Source: Macrostomum lignano (taxonomy: Eukaryota). Taken from it: a stretch of 64,000 nt of DNA. Position numbers and translations under genes: made by a program. Of this stretch, positions 10,130 through 22,990 are shown piece by piece; positions within the stretch are counted from its first letter, which is position 1; the number at the start of each line of letters is the position of its first letter. The notes below the pieces were generated by a model. It was not told where the DNA came from. It saw only the letters and a program-made list of their open reading frames with translations, and did no database searches. The stretch is taken from contig NIVC01000893.1 of assembly GCA_002269645.1 (NCBI GenBank), positions 3,543 through 67,542 on the forward strand. The letters run 5' to 3'.

Positions 10130-11490
10130 TAATCAAAGTGGAACACCACTCTGTTCCTGTCTCCAAAAGCCTCTATGCGCATTTTCTTCGTAGGAGCCTG
10201 CACCTCCAGAGGAGGCAAGGGCACTTGCACCTGCGCCGCAGTCACCCGAGACTCACTCACCGGTTGGCCGGTTGAGGAACCACTCAACAGTGCACTCGTG
10301 CGTTTCTCCATGGTCACCGAGGTACCGATGTACTTCTCCACTGCACTGGAGCTGTGGCCAGTCACACGGCAGATATCCGCCCGTTCCAACCAGCCTCGCG
10401 GAGGCGGGTTGTGCAACTCTTACGGAGACTCTGATTCGAGTAGCGTCCAGTGTCAGAGGGAGCAACCACGGCCACGGCGTCCTTGACGACGGTTGCCAAT
10501 GAATGACGTCCAATCGGTGCCCTTGTCAACCAGGCAGATCCAGGCTGGCCATTCCAGTTTCGATTCCATCCCAGAAACAGCGCCTCGTTGCACTCATTAG
10601 GACGCACAGAGACGTACTGCTTGTAGACCCACAATGCATTTTTGGTGATTCTCAGTGTGGAAAGTACGAACGACTTTGGGGTCCCTTCGTAGTCCTTGTA
10701 AGCCGCCCTGATGAGTTTTGGTCACGGCATTGTCCACATACTTCAGACACTCTTCATCGTCAACTGTCTCAAGCTTGATTTGGCGATCGAACAGCAGATC
10801 TCGTAACTCCTGGCCACCACGCAATGCAAAATGTTTGCCAACGAGCCAAACAAGCGTGATCACCAGCATCTTGGGTTCCTTCACTCCAAGCACACCTTCG
10901 ATCCAAAGCTTCTCTTCAATAGACTCGGGGATCACATCTGCCTTCCGCAATCCTGCACCCTTTCCAGCCTTGGTCGAGATTTTCATGGCGGCATCTAGAG
11001 CACGTTTACTGTCGGCGAACTCTTTGTCAAGCCAGAAGCTCCAATTCTTCTTAAACGTGTTTTGCCAGTGATACTGTAGCATTGAATACAGATCCTTCAG
11101 CGTCGGCGCAGAGTAGCGCTCACCATCTTTGTTCCGGGCCTCCATAACAAAAAAATTCAGCAGGTAATTCAGGTCAGCGAGAACCATAAGTGACGGGCCT
11201 TCACCCATTTGCCCAGGCACGCTTCTTCTCGTCATGCCACTCGCGGAAGACGGAAAAGGCCCACTGCGCCTTTTTCTTGGTGGTCTTCGGCACGGTCTCT
11301 TCAATGTGTCTGGCAATTTCATTCTCCGAAAGTTGCTCAAACCGGCCAGTGAGAGCGGCTTCAATAGGTCCAGCGTTATCCCCGGGCTTCAGGATGAAAT
11401 ACAGTAGGTCCGGCGAAATCTCCATATGCGGGGCTTCAACAACGACAGCAGCAGAGATGTCACCCATGTTCGGTACCAAGCTACACACAA
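10130..11490 (-). pseudogene. Crypton-type (DUF3504/ZMYM-QRICH1-KCTD1-related) tyrosine recombinase with three frameshifts
   Basis: Joined frames read KTTKKKAQWAFSVFREW / LNYLLNFFVMEARNKDGERYSAPTL / FALRGGQELRDL / KTHQGGL / NQSLRKSCTTRL / ICRVTGHSSSAVEKY, the Crypton YR motif order. Frame changes occur near 11200, 10630 and 10388. Confidence 0.85.
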
Positions 11491-12909
11491 CTGAAGCTTT
11501 TCTGATCTTATTCTGGCCTAGGAACGGCTAAGGACGAAGCCGAGGCCTAGAAGCTTCGCCTCGGCCTAGAAGCGCAGTCCAAAGTCGTTCTAGACCATAG
11601 ACAACGAAATCAAGTGAGGATTATCTTATAATTAATTTTGTCTGTGGCGTAGAAAGGAAGCAACCGCGGATTCTCTGCGAGAAATCCATGCAGCTATAAA
11701 TAACACACATGACGTAACTTTTTGAAGCTGCAGGCATGCAGCTGGTAAATCGCTAAAATGATCAAACTTTCTACATGACTTTACACAGGCATTAAATGTT
11801 GGGCCAACAATAAATTCTTTAACATTAAAGAAGCCGCCTTTACTAATCCGACGTCCGCCGACGTTACTATCGACGTGCCACGACGAATGGCGACGTTCGC
11901 TATGCAAACGCTGGTGTATGCAAAAGTACGTGTATCCATTTGTCAGCGATGTCGATAGGCCAACTGCATATCGTCGACGTACTGGCATGGTATTTGTTTT
12001 GTAAATTTTGAGAATTCGTCTCAAGGTCACGTCTCCGCCCTCGTCTCACAATATAGGACAACAAAGAAATATAATTTTTTTTTCTAAAAAACGATTTTTT
12101 CTTAGAAAAGGTTACGTAATCCCGCCATACTAGTATTCGATCTTTTTACCTCAGTCCCTATATTTTGTGTATATGTATTTGTGACGTGTTGGTTCGACGC
12201 GCGCTAGATTTACTGTTCGCCGTACGAGGTTTGTTGTGCTATATGTACGCTCGCATGTATTTTGCGTAATTGGCTGCTTTCCGTTTGGCGTTTCTCTTAA
12301 TTTGTATTTTATTGTGAGTGTGTGTACCGTGTTTGCAGTCCCTTGACACGGTGTGCCGATCGATTAAATGTAGAACATATGTACAGTACGTCTCTCCTAG
12401 TGCACCCAAAGCTGGTCCCATAGTCTGGCCTCTCCCAGGCCCCGATCGTCGGTTCCTGTCTTGGTCCCTCGATCCCGCTGTACTTAGCCATGTTTACAAT
12501 GTAAATATTGAAAGAGCCATGCACGAAAAATTCAAAGTTAAAGTACTGCGTATCCAAGACCATCTTTGATCCGAGCCAGCGATATTATTAAATACTCAAG
12601 GCTCCTCGGCCGCGCGTTCCCTGGATTCCTGCTATATAATTTCTGCAAGCCAATTTTACGCCAGAAACAAGTTAAGTAAACGTGATGGACAATGTTATTT
12701 TTATACTATGGCATGCACTAAATGGGAATTAAATGTATATAATCGCGGCAGTTTTTTCTTTTGCATGGTTTGCAAATAACAATTATAAAGCAGGAAAGGC
12801 AATTTTATATGCTTATTCTCGACTTCTAAAACTTCTAGAACATGTTTCTGATACATGTGCATTTCACAGACGAAGTACATGTAGATCTAGAGCTACATGT
12901 CTAGAGCTA

Positions 12910-13778
12910 TCGCGCTCTGTCGGACACCCGCGTGAAGCGTCAATTCGCCGGCGCCTTCGTCGGCGCGCTTGGAGACCAGTGCGAGGTGGAGTATTCCGAC
13001 ATCAGCACCGCCGTTAGAGCCGCTGTGGAGCAGACGGTCTCGCTGATGCGGCCAGCGCAGAAATTGCTGTCCGTCTGGCAGATCGACCCGACCATCAGGC
13101 AGGCGCGGCTCAACACCGAGCGACTCCGCAGAAACCGGTGGCCCACGGGCGACGCTGAAGACGCGTTTGGGCGCCTTCTAGATGAGCGGCAGCAGGCCGC
13201 TGTCGACGACGCCGTCTGGTCTACCACTGCAGCCAGCCCTGACGTGAAGAGCCCGGCAGTGTGGACGGCCGTCCGGACTCTGAAGGGGCTGCCTGACCGC
13301 CATAGGGCTCGGCTGTGGCAGCTGGCGGTGGTCGAAACCGTCCGTTCTACAACGCCGAGACGTGGACGCTGACGGCTACGCTATAGAGCGGCAGCTGGAC
13401 TCAGCGCACTCAGGGCTGCTCCGTGCGGCCTTGCGAGCTGACGAGAGCGTCGGGACCGAGGCCCTTTACGATCGGGCCAAACTGCAGCGCCCATACCATC
13501 ATCCTGCGCCGGCGGCGACTTCAACTGGCGGGCCACGTGATCCGGGCCGAGGGCTACTGCCCCCAACCTGTTCAGGACGTCCAGCTCACCTTGCAGAGCT
13601 CGTTCAGGCGGGGTCAGGCCCGAACCCGTCGATACGTGGACTGCCTGCTCTGCGACGCTGGGGCGCCCGACATTCCCGACACTTTGTCCGCTCTCAGGCT
13701 CTGCGGGGCGCCATCTGACGCACCTTGCTTTGTGACTTTGCTTGCGAGGCTGCGTAATTTGTTTTTGTTGTTGTTGTG
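12910..13778 (+). mobile_element. Internally deleted RTE-like LINE (pre-RT linker fused to the post-RT 3' end)
   Basis: Linker-like WTAVRTLKG joins (H)RARLWQ..AVVETV..ERQLDSAH..LQLAGHVIRAE..RRYVDCLLCDAGAPD; (TTG)n tail at about 13764-13778; homologous to 3040-3200 and 43300-43710. Confidence 0.75.
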
Positions 13779-16700
13779 ACATGTATATCCGTCGGCAAGG
13801 CATGCATGCAACAATTCAAATTAGCATGATGCCTTCGCGTGTTTTGTTAACTGTTTGCTGCTAAAGTAACATTTTTAGTTCTCTTCAGTTCTCTGCAGTT
13901 ACTAATTCTCTTCTGGATATCAGGAACTACAGCAGACATGGTCCCACAATATCCGCATCAGATTTTTTGTTTATTTCTGTTAATTGACCAACGGGAAGTT
14001 CTAAGAAAGTTTACATTTGAAAAATTAACCGCAACAAATTGACGGAACAGACGTATCAACTCTCTTAATTAAAATTCAACCCGTTGTGAAGTTTTCATTT
14101 GGTATTTGCGCTCTTCGCTATGCATTTTGCTGACGAGTCACGTCCTAGAAGGTAGAAGCAGTCGTTAAAATGAATAAATTTTTGCTAAACGGGTTTTTAT
14201 TTTTGTAAAGACTCTACCGTAACAAAAATAACAAAACGAAAAATGGAATTATCTATATTAATAAGTAGAACTGCTATACAACAGATACTTCTTAAAGTTT
14301 ACTATTTGTGAATATCGATTTGTTGCTTTTATTGTTACTTTTACACGAAATGTTATCCGCATTTGAAATTACATTTCTTTGTTCGAAAGTTAAAACTTTC
14401 GTTACCATAAATGGATAACCATTAATTTCCTATTTAAATCGTCGTTATTCGTTAAACGTAAAGTTCGTTCGAAGTATGTTCATGTTCGTTTTTCACGCTT
14501 TGAAATATCACGCGCTTTCAAAAATACTACATCTTTTAAAAAAAAAACTTTAGACGCTCTTTCAAATACCTTACTTTTACAAATATCGTAACCCGCATCG
14601 TAACTCGTGTAAAAATTAAACCTTTTGAACAAATACTAAATACATCGGATTATACTGGCAAAACAGGCTCCTTAAGCCTGAGCCAAATTTACTACTACTA
14701 CTACTACTACATAAAGAGGTCTAGGCCTATCTATCTGTCTGTTGCCTCTTGCCTTGATACAGTTATATTTGATAATTTTTGTAGTATTTTTAATAGTAAA
14801 TAGGGCCTATTAATATGTAGCAGTAGTAGGGTCTATAATTATTTGTTTTTTATCACATCACTAAGAGCAACAGCAAGGCCAACAGCTCGGCAACAACATG
14901 GTTAGTAACTTAGTTGTATTGCTAGCCTTAGAAGCCTGTTTGAAAATTCTGGAACTTCATATAACATAAAGTAGAACATAAGCCCAGAAATCAATAAATT
15001 TGTGTGGAGTACTAGACCAGTGTGCAAGCTGGCAGTGTTTAGTCAGTGTATGAGTAGAATAGCAAATCAATTTGTTATTTGCTAAAAAGGTCAATTTGCT
15101 GAAAGTCAATTTGCTAAAAGAAATCTGTTTGTTTTGCCAAAAGTTTTGTGATTATAGTCTGTTGTAAAATAAACAATTGAAAAAAATCAAGTAACTAATA
15201 AAAAATTAACAAGGGCAGTGCAAGTAGGCTAAAATGTCTTGAAGGTTAAAATGTTCAAAATTTCCACATTATGTGCATTTGCATTAACTAAAGTAGTTTC
15301 AATTGAACTATAAATATGATAAGTGTATTTTAGTATTCACTAGGCCTAGCACATTAAGCCCTTATAGGGGCATTCAAATTCAAACATAGAAAGCATAGAA
15401 ACCTTTTTTGGGAATATTTGACTAACTTTCAAAACAATTATTTACTGTTTAAAATTTTATATATACTCAGCAACATTGAAAAGTTGCTACTCTATGTGCC
15501 ATTGAACAATTTCTCTTGGACTATTCTGAAATAAAAGATGCAAGAAAACTGATTGGGTGGCTTTAATCTGTCTAACAAAACTTTCACACATTGTATCTTT
15601 TCTCTAGGGGTAGACCAAGGGGGACCAAGGGGGCCATAGCCCCCCTCCCTATTACAGCGCATGGCTTAAGTATGCCAGACGCCTACACAACCTGCGCCAC
15701 GCTGTGAAATGACTTACCTGTGAAAGAAACCCTAAAGCAAAATTAACCCAAAATTGGGTAAACGGCAGGAGTAACTATGACTGTCTTATCAAGCCTAAAT
15801 GCCTCGGCATCTAATTAGTACCACGCCGCGCCGTACTAATCGCCGCGCACCGTATGCGCCGCGCCGGACGCCGTCCACCAAAATGCCCATGCGCTGCAAT
15901 CAGGGCCCCCCTGGCCCTCAGCTCTGGCTCTGCCAAGGGGGTATTGCTGCCATTGCTGCTGCGACAGACAAGGACTGCTTTAATCTAAGACAAGTTATGA
16001 GTAAATAACATTTAAAAATAGTAGTAAACCCTTTAAAACCCTTTATTCTTGTTAAAAAATAACTAACTTATCCATGTGTTGTATGATATTATGGTTGTAT
16101 TTTCAACTTATAATCAAGCAACTAACACTAGCCTTTAGACAATGCATATATAAGTGTGGCTCCTTATGAATACTAGTGTTTATTGCATTTATTGTCAGAC
16201 TGGTGCTCCTATATATACTCCTTGAGTCTTGTAGTTGCTAGCTTTGTAGATTAGCCTAGACCATTTTAGCTTATACATTTGAAACAATTGGTCATAAAAG
16301 CAGACTTTTTTGGTATACACATAATTAAGCTAGTAATAGAGGCACTTTAACAAAATATAATGAAAATGATAAGTATAAATAATTTTATAAACATAAACCA
16401 ATTACAATGATCTAAAATTTAAAAGCTGAAATGGATCCTTAAGAAACCTTAAATAGATCTATTTAATTCGAATTTTACTATAGCACATTTATATTAATAT
16501 GATAGTACAAAGTGATTATGATTCTAAATACTTTTTAAACTTTAGGAAAATGCAAAGCAAATTTTTTAAACTCTTTTTCTTATATTATAAAAATGTATCA
16601 AATTATTTTTTAAATTTGTCAAAATTGAATAAAATATTGAAATTGAATTATTATTTTTTGTTTTTTGGGTGTCACAAAACAAAATTGCAGTTTTGGTCTA

Positions 16701-17546
16701 AACTAAATTGTATGACAAGTTTAATGTTAGAAGTTACATATATTTGTTAATAATTAAAGTGTATTCTTGTGATCCTATATAGCTATATGCTTAGGATGAA
16801 GTTTCGTGCATTAGACAAGCCATCATACTGTATGCATTTAAATGCACTTAATAGAGTATCTATTTTTAGATTCTAGACCCTATAGCCAAGGTCTAAAATG
16901 CACTGGATGTCTCCTTTCCTGTGCTAAACCATGTCTGCAATAGGGATTGGCCATTTGCTGCAATAGGGATTTTAGACTAGATTCAAATAATCTAGATTCA
17001 ATAGGAGATAGCTTTCCTAATTCTATGAATAAAAAATTGTTAAAATAGTAATATTGTTAAAAATGTTAATAATTTTTTTATATTATGTTATCTATCTTAT
17101 AAAAAGTGAAATGCCAATTTGGTAACTAGAATATAAATTAAAGATATCAAAATGTAGTTTGATATGATAAAGCATTTTATCTAGCCAGCATGTCCTTAAT
17201 ATTAACTAATGCAAGCAGTCTGTCATATGCATGACAGGCCTAGTGTGGTACTGTGATGTGCCATCAGCTCAGACTTAATTCCAGTCATATTAATTTTGGG
17301 GCCAAAAAATATGTCTTGACTTAAATCTGCTTGTACAACTAATGCCCCTAAAGGCCAACCCCAAGTCACAGTGAAGTTCACAATAAAGTTAGGGTCACTG
17401 TATACTCCCATTTGAGTGTGTGCCTATGTGAATGACTGCATATGTATCTGCGCACTTGTTTGTCTGCTCAAAGAAATCAGTGAAATGGTGCAGTAATGTC
17501 TCTTGCTGGTTGTATCACAATGTCGCTTAAAGTGCACTAGGGTGCA

Positions 17547-17845
17547 CATACATGCGCAACAGTCGGCCGAGTCGGCCGATCCGGCCGACCGATTTGGCAG
17601 TCAATCAAGGAAGTCGCAAAAATGCCCACCCGAAAAATACCAAAGTAGTATTACTAAGGAGCTGACGAGGCATTTTGACCTAATAAGACAGTCATAGTTA
17701 CTCCTGCCGTTTACCCAAAGTTGTGTTAATTTTGCTTTAGGGTTTTTATTACATGTAAGTCGCATTTTTTGGCCAAAAACTACGTCGCATTTTTGTTAAA
17801 ACTAAGTCGCATGGCCGACCGAATTTTGGAGGTTGCGCATGTATG
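17547..17845. mobile_element. MITE with CATACATGCGCAAC TIRs and 8-bp TSD (copy 1)
   Basis: Perfect 14-bp TIR; TSD AGGGTGCA on both sides; copies at 39114 and 42992, and an internal fragment at about 15700-15820. Confidence 0.92.
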
Positions 17846-17981
17846 AGGGTGCACAAAGTCCCATGCCAATAAAGAATTTCTCTCTGTAATGTATACTTTT
17901 TATTTAATCAAGTTGAACTACCAATGAACAAAATGGTTGATTCCAGCTAAAAGAATCCCATTCAGCAAAGCAAGCTCAATC

Positions 17982-20381
17982 ATGCCTGTAATGCATGAAC
18001 GCCCAAAAATGACGCAGACAATGTACCAGTCGCTCAAACGGCACATACTTCGTCAGCGACAGAAGGAGGCAGAGATGGTGGCTCTGGACGCCACAAATCA
18101 GCGACTACGCGCAGAGCGTGTAGAGATGCGCCGTCAGACAGCGCTGAGCCTGCAGAAAACCGAGGAGGAAGTCAAACGACTGGAAAAGAAGCTTGAAGAG
18201 TTGCGCAAAGAGAAGACGAAGCTGTTTAATCGGTTTAAGGTAGGAATACCTGTTTGTCAATGCTAGCACATAACCCTAGCTGGCAGTTAATCAATGGCAT
18301 TATTATTAGTGGGCTTTTCGCCATAAATATTTTCCGCTGCTAGTGGGGGCCGGGGCAGAGCGTCCGTTGTGGGTGTGGGGGGCAGAGTCTGTTTAAGTGT
18401 GGGGGCAGAGTCTGTTTGGGTGTGGGGGCAGAGTCTGTTTAAGTGTGGGGGCAGAGTCTGTTTAAGTGTGGGGGCAGAGTCTGTTTAAGTGTGGGGGCAG
18501 AGTCTGTTTGGGTGTGGGGGCAGAGTCTGTTTTAGTGTGGGGGCAGAGTCTGTTTAAGTGTGGGGGCAGAGTCTGTTTAAGTGTGGGGGCAGAGTCTGTT
18601 TAAGTGTGGGGGCAGAGTCTGTTTAAGTGTGGGGGCAGAGTCTGTTTGGGTGTGGGGCAGAGTCTGTTTTAGTGTGGGGGCAGAGTCTGTTTAAGTGTGA
18701 GGGCAGAGTCTGTTTGGGTGTGGGGGCAGAGTCTGTTTGGATGTGGGGGCAGAGTCTGTTTGGATGTGGGGGCAGAGTCTGTTTGGATGTGGGGGCAGAG
18801 TCTGTTTAGTGTGGGTGCAGAGTCTGTTTGGGTGTGGGGGCAGAGTCTGTTTGGATGTGGGGGCAGAGTCTGTTTGGATGTGGGGGCAGAGTCTGTTTGG
18901 ATGTGGGGGCAGAGTCTGTTTGGATGTGGGGGCAGAGTCTGTTTGGATGTGGGGGCAGAGTCTGTTTGGATGTGGGGTCAGAGTCTGTTTCGATTTGGGG
19001 GCAGAGCGTCCTGTTGGCCCACATTTTAGCCATAGACAAATTTTCATCAAGAGAAATAAAAGAAGAGAAGAATAGGGAAGAGACATACGGGAACTCGTTT
19101 AGAAATTTGAGGTTACATAATTTTTGTGTGCAAACCAAGTGGTTGACACATTATCGGGCTCGCCTAAAGCCTCACTGACGTAAAAACGCCAACCAATAAT
19201 CATTTGCCCCCGATCCTTAAAACTTATCCGATACTCGAATTCCGTTCGTTCAATCAGGAGGTCTCAGCCGAAGAGTCAAATCAGAAGGAGCGCCAAAAAG
19301 AGGCGCAAACTCAACTGCTGCAGCTGTCGCAACAGTTTCCCCAGTATGGCGCCATCTCTGCCGGGTTGCCGGCGCCTCAATTGCGCGCTCTCGGATACGT
19401 GGCTCAGGCTGGCTGTTCAGGTCAGCAGCAGCCGCCACCGCCGCCGCCCCCAACACAGCAGCAAGTGTCTCTAAAGCGACGCCGCTCGCCCAGTCCTTCG
19501 TCTGTAGCGTCGGCTCATTCTAGTCCAATGTGTCAGGTAAAATTTATGCTTACGTCTATGCGATAAGTTACAGCGGCCCTGACTTTCTGATCGGTACACA
19601 CCTCTGTGCTTTGGGGATTGGCCTTTATTGGTTGCTAAAGTATTCGCTTAATCGCCACTATTATATCATCCAGGTTAAGCAGAGTTGAGAGCGGTTAGTA
19701 TGAAGTGATACATTTTGGCCTTGGCTTTGGTGTGATATTCCTCGTTATCTCTCTAATGCATTCAAGTAAAGGCTCCGCAGCCCTGACAGTACGAGTAATA
19801 ACCTCCGACAGGTCGCCTCAGCCGCTTCTGTTCTGTCGCAGCAGCAGCAACAGCAGCAATACCGGGTGTCAGTAGCTGGCAAGCTGCCTCCACCCGGCAA
19901 GCTGCCTCCGCCGGGGGTTCCGCCGCAACAGCAGTTGCCACCGCCGCAGCAGCAGCAACTGCCACCGCCGCCGCCTGTGACGGTGACAAGCCTAGGCTTG
20001 AATCCATTCCACGGTCAGCTGCTGTTTGCCCAGCAGGCGGCCGCTCAGCAGCAGAGCCAGCCTCCGCAGGCCGGCATCAAAGTGTCGCAGGTGCAGCCTC
20101 CATTAGCATCTTATCGGGGCTCCATCACTACTGGCCAATCGGCTCAGCAGATGCAATTATTGCAACAATTTCAACCTGGCGCCGGATCTGCTTTCGCCGC
20201 GCAGCAGCAACAGCAACAACAACAGCAACAATTGCCGCCGCCAGAACAGCAGTCTGCTGCAGCAGCCGCTGCTGCTGCCGCAGCCGCGTATGCCCGGGCC
20301 TATCCCGGTGCTAACCTGCCCGGTTTGTTTGCACAGCAACAGCAGCCGCCGCCGCAGCCTCCGAACCGGCGCTTTATGTAG
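17982..20381 (+). CDS. GPS2: G protein pathway suppressor 2 (NCoR/SMRT complex subunit), 3 coding exons
   Basis: MPVMHERPKMTQTMYQSLKRHI...SLQKTEEEVKRLEKKLEELRKEKTKLFNRFK-EVSAEE matches the GPS2 N-terminal coiled coil. Exons 17982-18239, 19258-19536 and 19812-20381 (exon 3 acceptor less certain); GT-AG, phase 0; P/Q-rich C-terminus; about 368 aa. Confidence 0.85.
18375..19005. repeat. About 21-bp minisatellite (GTGGGGGCAGAGTCTGTTTAA / ...TTTGGAT) in GPS2 intron 1
   Basis: Directly visible tandem array. Confidence 0.95.
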
Positions 20382-20458
20382 CTTTATCAGGTGGCTACTC
20401 TAACTTTCGTAATTCAAGTCTAGATTAGGCTTTTTGTAAGAAAGTTTATATGGTCTAT

Positions 20459-20829
20459 GTCTATGGTAAACTCACCCGCAGCGTGCAGGATTGGTTATGT
20501 CTATGGTAAATCTCCCCGCAGCGTGGAGGATTGGTTATGTCTATGGTAAATCTCCCCGCAGCGTGCAGGATTGGTTATGCCTATGGTAAATCTCCCCGCA
20601 GCGTGCAGGATTGGTTATGTCTATGGTAAACTCACCCCGCAGCGTGCAAGTTTGGTTTTGTCTATGGTAAACTCACCCCGCAGCGTACAGGATTGGTTTT
20701 GTCTATGGTAAACTCACCCCGCAGCGTGCAAGTTTGGTTTTGTCTATGGTAAACTCACCCCGCAGCGTGCAGGATTGGTTTTGTCTATGGTAAACTCACC
20801 CCGCAGCGTGCAGGATTGGTTGTCTGTGG
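20459..20829 (+). repeat. 40-41 bp tandem array (GTCTATGGTAAACTCACCCCGCAGCGTGCAGGATTGGTTAT)x9 plus terminal motif
   Basis: Units start at 20459, 20499, 20539, 20579, 20619, 20660, 20701, 20742 and 20783, and the array ends with GTCTGTGG. An inverted copy lies at 27910-28159. Confidence 0.95.
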
Positions 20830-21163
20830 GCTAGCTTCATGAGACATAGACTGTGGAATTTTATATTTTATCAATTTGCACTTAACTACAATAAAGTTTT
20901 AATTAATTTGTTTATCTTTAGGCTAGTGATGTCTTGAGTTAACTTCTACTACATGTACGCTTAGTCAAATTATACGGTCCAAATCTGGCTAAAATTTAAT
21001 GAAATTGTGCTTAGCAATTATTATTAAGATTTAATAATAATTGCTAATATTTAAAAAATCGATTTCACTGAATATTGCAAATTCTTTATTATGTTTAAAA
21101 GAACTCAACTAAAATCGGAGGTCTGTATTTGTTGATGTATTCTTCAGTGCTGAGAAATTTTGG

Positions 21164-21235
21164 CCATAGACTATACAATAAATCAGTGCCGTCCGGTACT
21201 TTTTTCTCCCGACCTTGTTGCATCATAGTCTATGG
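21164..21235. mobile_element. 72-bp element with CCATAGACTAT inverted ends, no TSD
   Basis: CCATAGACTAT ... ATAGTCTATGG perfect 11-bp inverted repeat. Confidence 0.5.
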
Positions 21236-22990
21236 CTGAACCCCTTACCAACAAGCATATAGTCGTAAAAAAAGCTAGAAAACATCCAGATTGATATTAA
21301 TTGTTTAGGTTAGTGACAATATTAGTATATTTAGATTAAAAATATTAGTGCAATTATTTGTCGTTTTTAATTGAGTTGCAAGTAAGCCCTCAATGAACTG
21401 GGGAGTTTATGCTTTTTATCTATATTTTACTATGATCTGCAATGCTTGCTAGTCGCTCGATCGAGCTAAGTTACAATTGGATATTTAACTATGGCTTTAA
21501 TGTTACCGTAGCATTACATTTCTGATGTCGGGCGTTTGAACGCAGCTGTACTATGCGATTTTTCAGTGTTTATTAATTATATAGTTGTTTGTCTGTATGC
21601 TCGAATATTTTTCGAACTGTAATATCACAGTTGTTGTTAATAAATGCACAATTGTACAGTAATGCTACAGCTTACAGGGCTACTATCTGTCGCCCTTTTC
21701 TATTTCTTGCGCTGTAAATGGAAACTTTGAGTTGTTGTGAAATGATATATTAGATATCTTTGTTGATTTTAATTATCCGTATTTGGGTATCTTGAAACTC
21801 TCTTAGTCGACTGTGCTTTGGGGGGGGGGGCTGGCCCTCATTGCTGTGAGCGCCAAACGAATGTGGCCTCACACGGAATCGAACCTAGGACGCGCTTACC
21901 TACCGCTGATCAAGACTACTGTATCTAAATGAATAATAATATCATTTAACACCACGTCAAAAATAGTTACTGACATGTTCACAAAATACGCCAAAAATTA
22001 CAACAACTGTGACTTGCTTGTGAATTTACGAGCTAAACGCGCATATATTTTTCCTATTCAACTTGATGCCTCAATAAGGTTACAGTTGCAGTGCAAAACG
22101 CACAATATAAAATAAATTTTAAATTTTATCAATAATAGCTACGCGGGGTAATAGACAGAGAATTGAGTTATGAGAAGCACGTTTATCAATTGAAATAAAA
22201 ATGCTAATATTGTATAGTTTTATTAGCAAAATTTTATAAGCTAATACAGCACTAGTTAAAACGAAATTTTAGCGATTAAATCGATCTCATCGAGCGATAC
22301 AAACTGCATTAGCGAGTTAGGAAGAAGTACTTCTTGTTTACCGAGTTTCTCAGGCGTCAGAATCGTTTCTAAGCATCTCTACCCTAGCTACCCTCTATAC
22401 TGTTGAGCCTCTCTGACCCGCAGAAATGCAGAAGTCTTACATTTTTGCGGAATCTGGCCAAAGCATTTTGCACTAAAAACGGGTTCCTATTCAAATTGGC
22501 CATAAAATCGTTAACATTAGCGAAACGCCGGAACATGCTGCTATGCAATGCGACTAAACTAAGAGGCGTCCCAGAGTTGTTTTCGAAGTCGCTGCAGATA
22601 ACATGCAAGGTAAATAGGAAAGAAGTGACTCTAGACAACTCTATAACGAACGAGATGTCCTGGTATAAATCGCCAAAAAGAATCACCTAATTCTAAGAGT
22701 AAATTTGAGACGTTTCATTGTCTGCGACTTTAGGGGCGCTTTTATAATGCTACTTGGGGCCGTAGAGTCCATCTGTGACGTGCTAATGTCGCTGTAGAAT
22801 CACTGAGTTGCGTCTAAAGCGCATCTGCGTTACGTATCAGATTAAACATGCCTTTTGAGGGAGTTCAAAATCTCGTGATTTTGTAATCTCGATGTGTAAT
22901 CTCGTATAAATCACGAGGGCCGAAGGCCCAAGGGATTTATGAAAATAACTCCCAAAAAAGGCGTATAACCATAATTATAATCTCGTATAA

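Noticed and set aside
11632-12030. ORF upstream of the Crypton with a faint THAP-like start (MPVRRRYAVGLSTS...SW)
   Set aside because: The C2CH residues are missing; too weak to call without an HMM search.
18627-19178. Repetitive ORFs over minisatellites (also 25799, 46921-47386, 49816-50578, 50868-51472, 62425-63055)
   Set aside because: Open frames arise from stop-free repeat units in introns or UTRs.
20459-20829. CRISPR-like regular repeats (also 27910-28159, 46545-47905, 50968-51710)
   Set aside because: Head-to-tail units with no unique spacers, no cas genes and a eukaryotic context.
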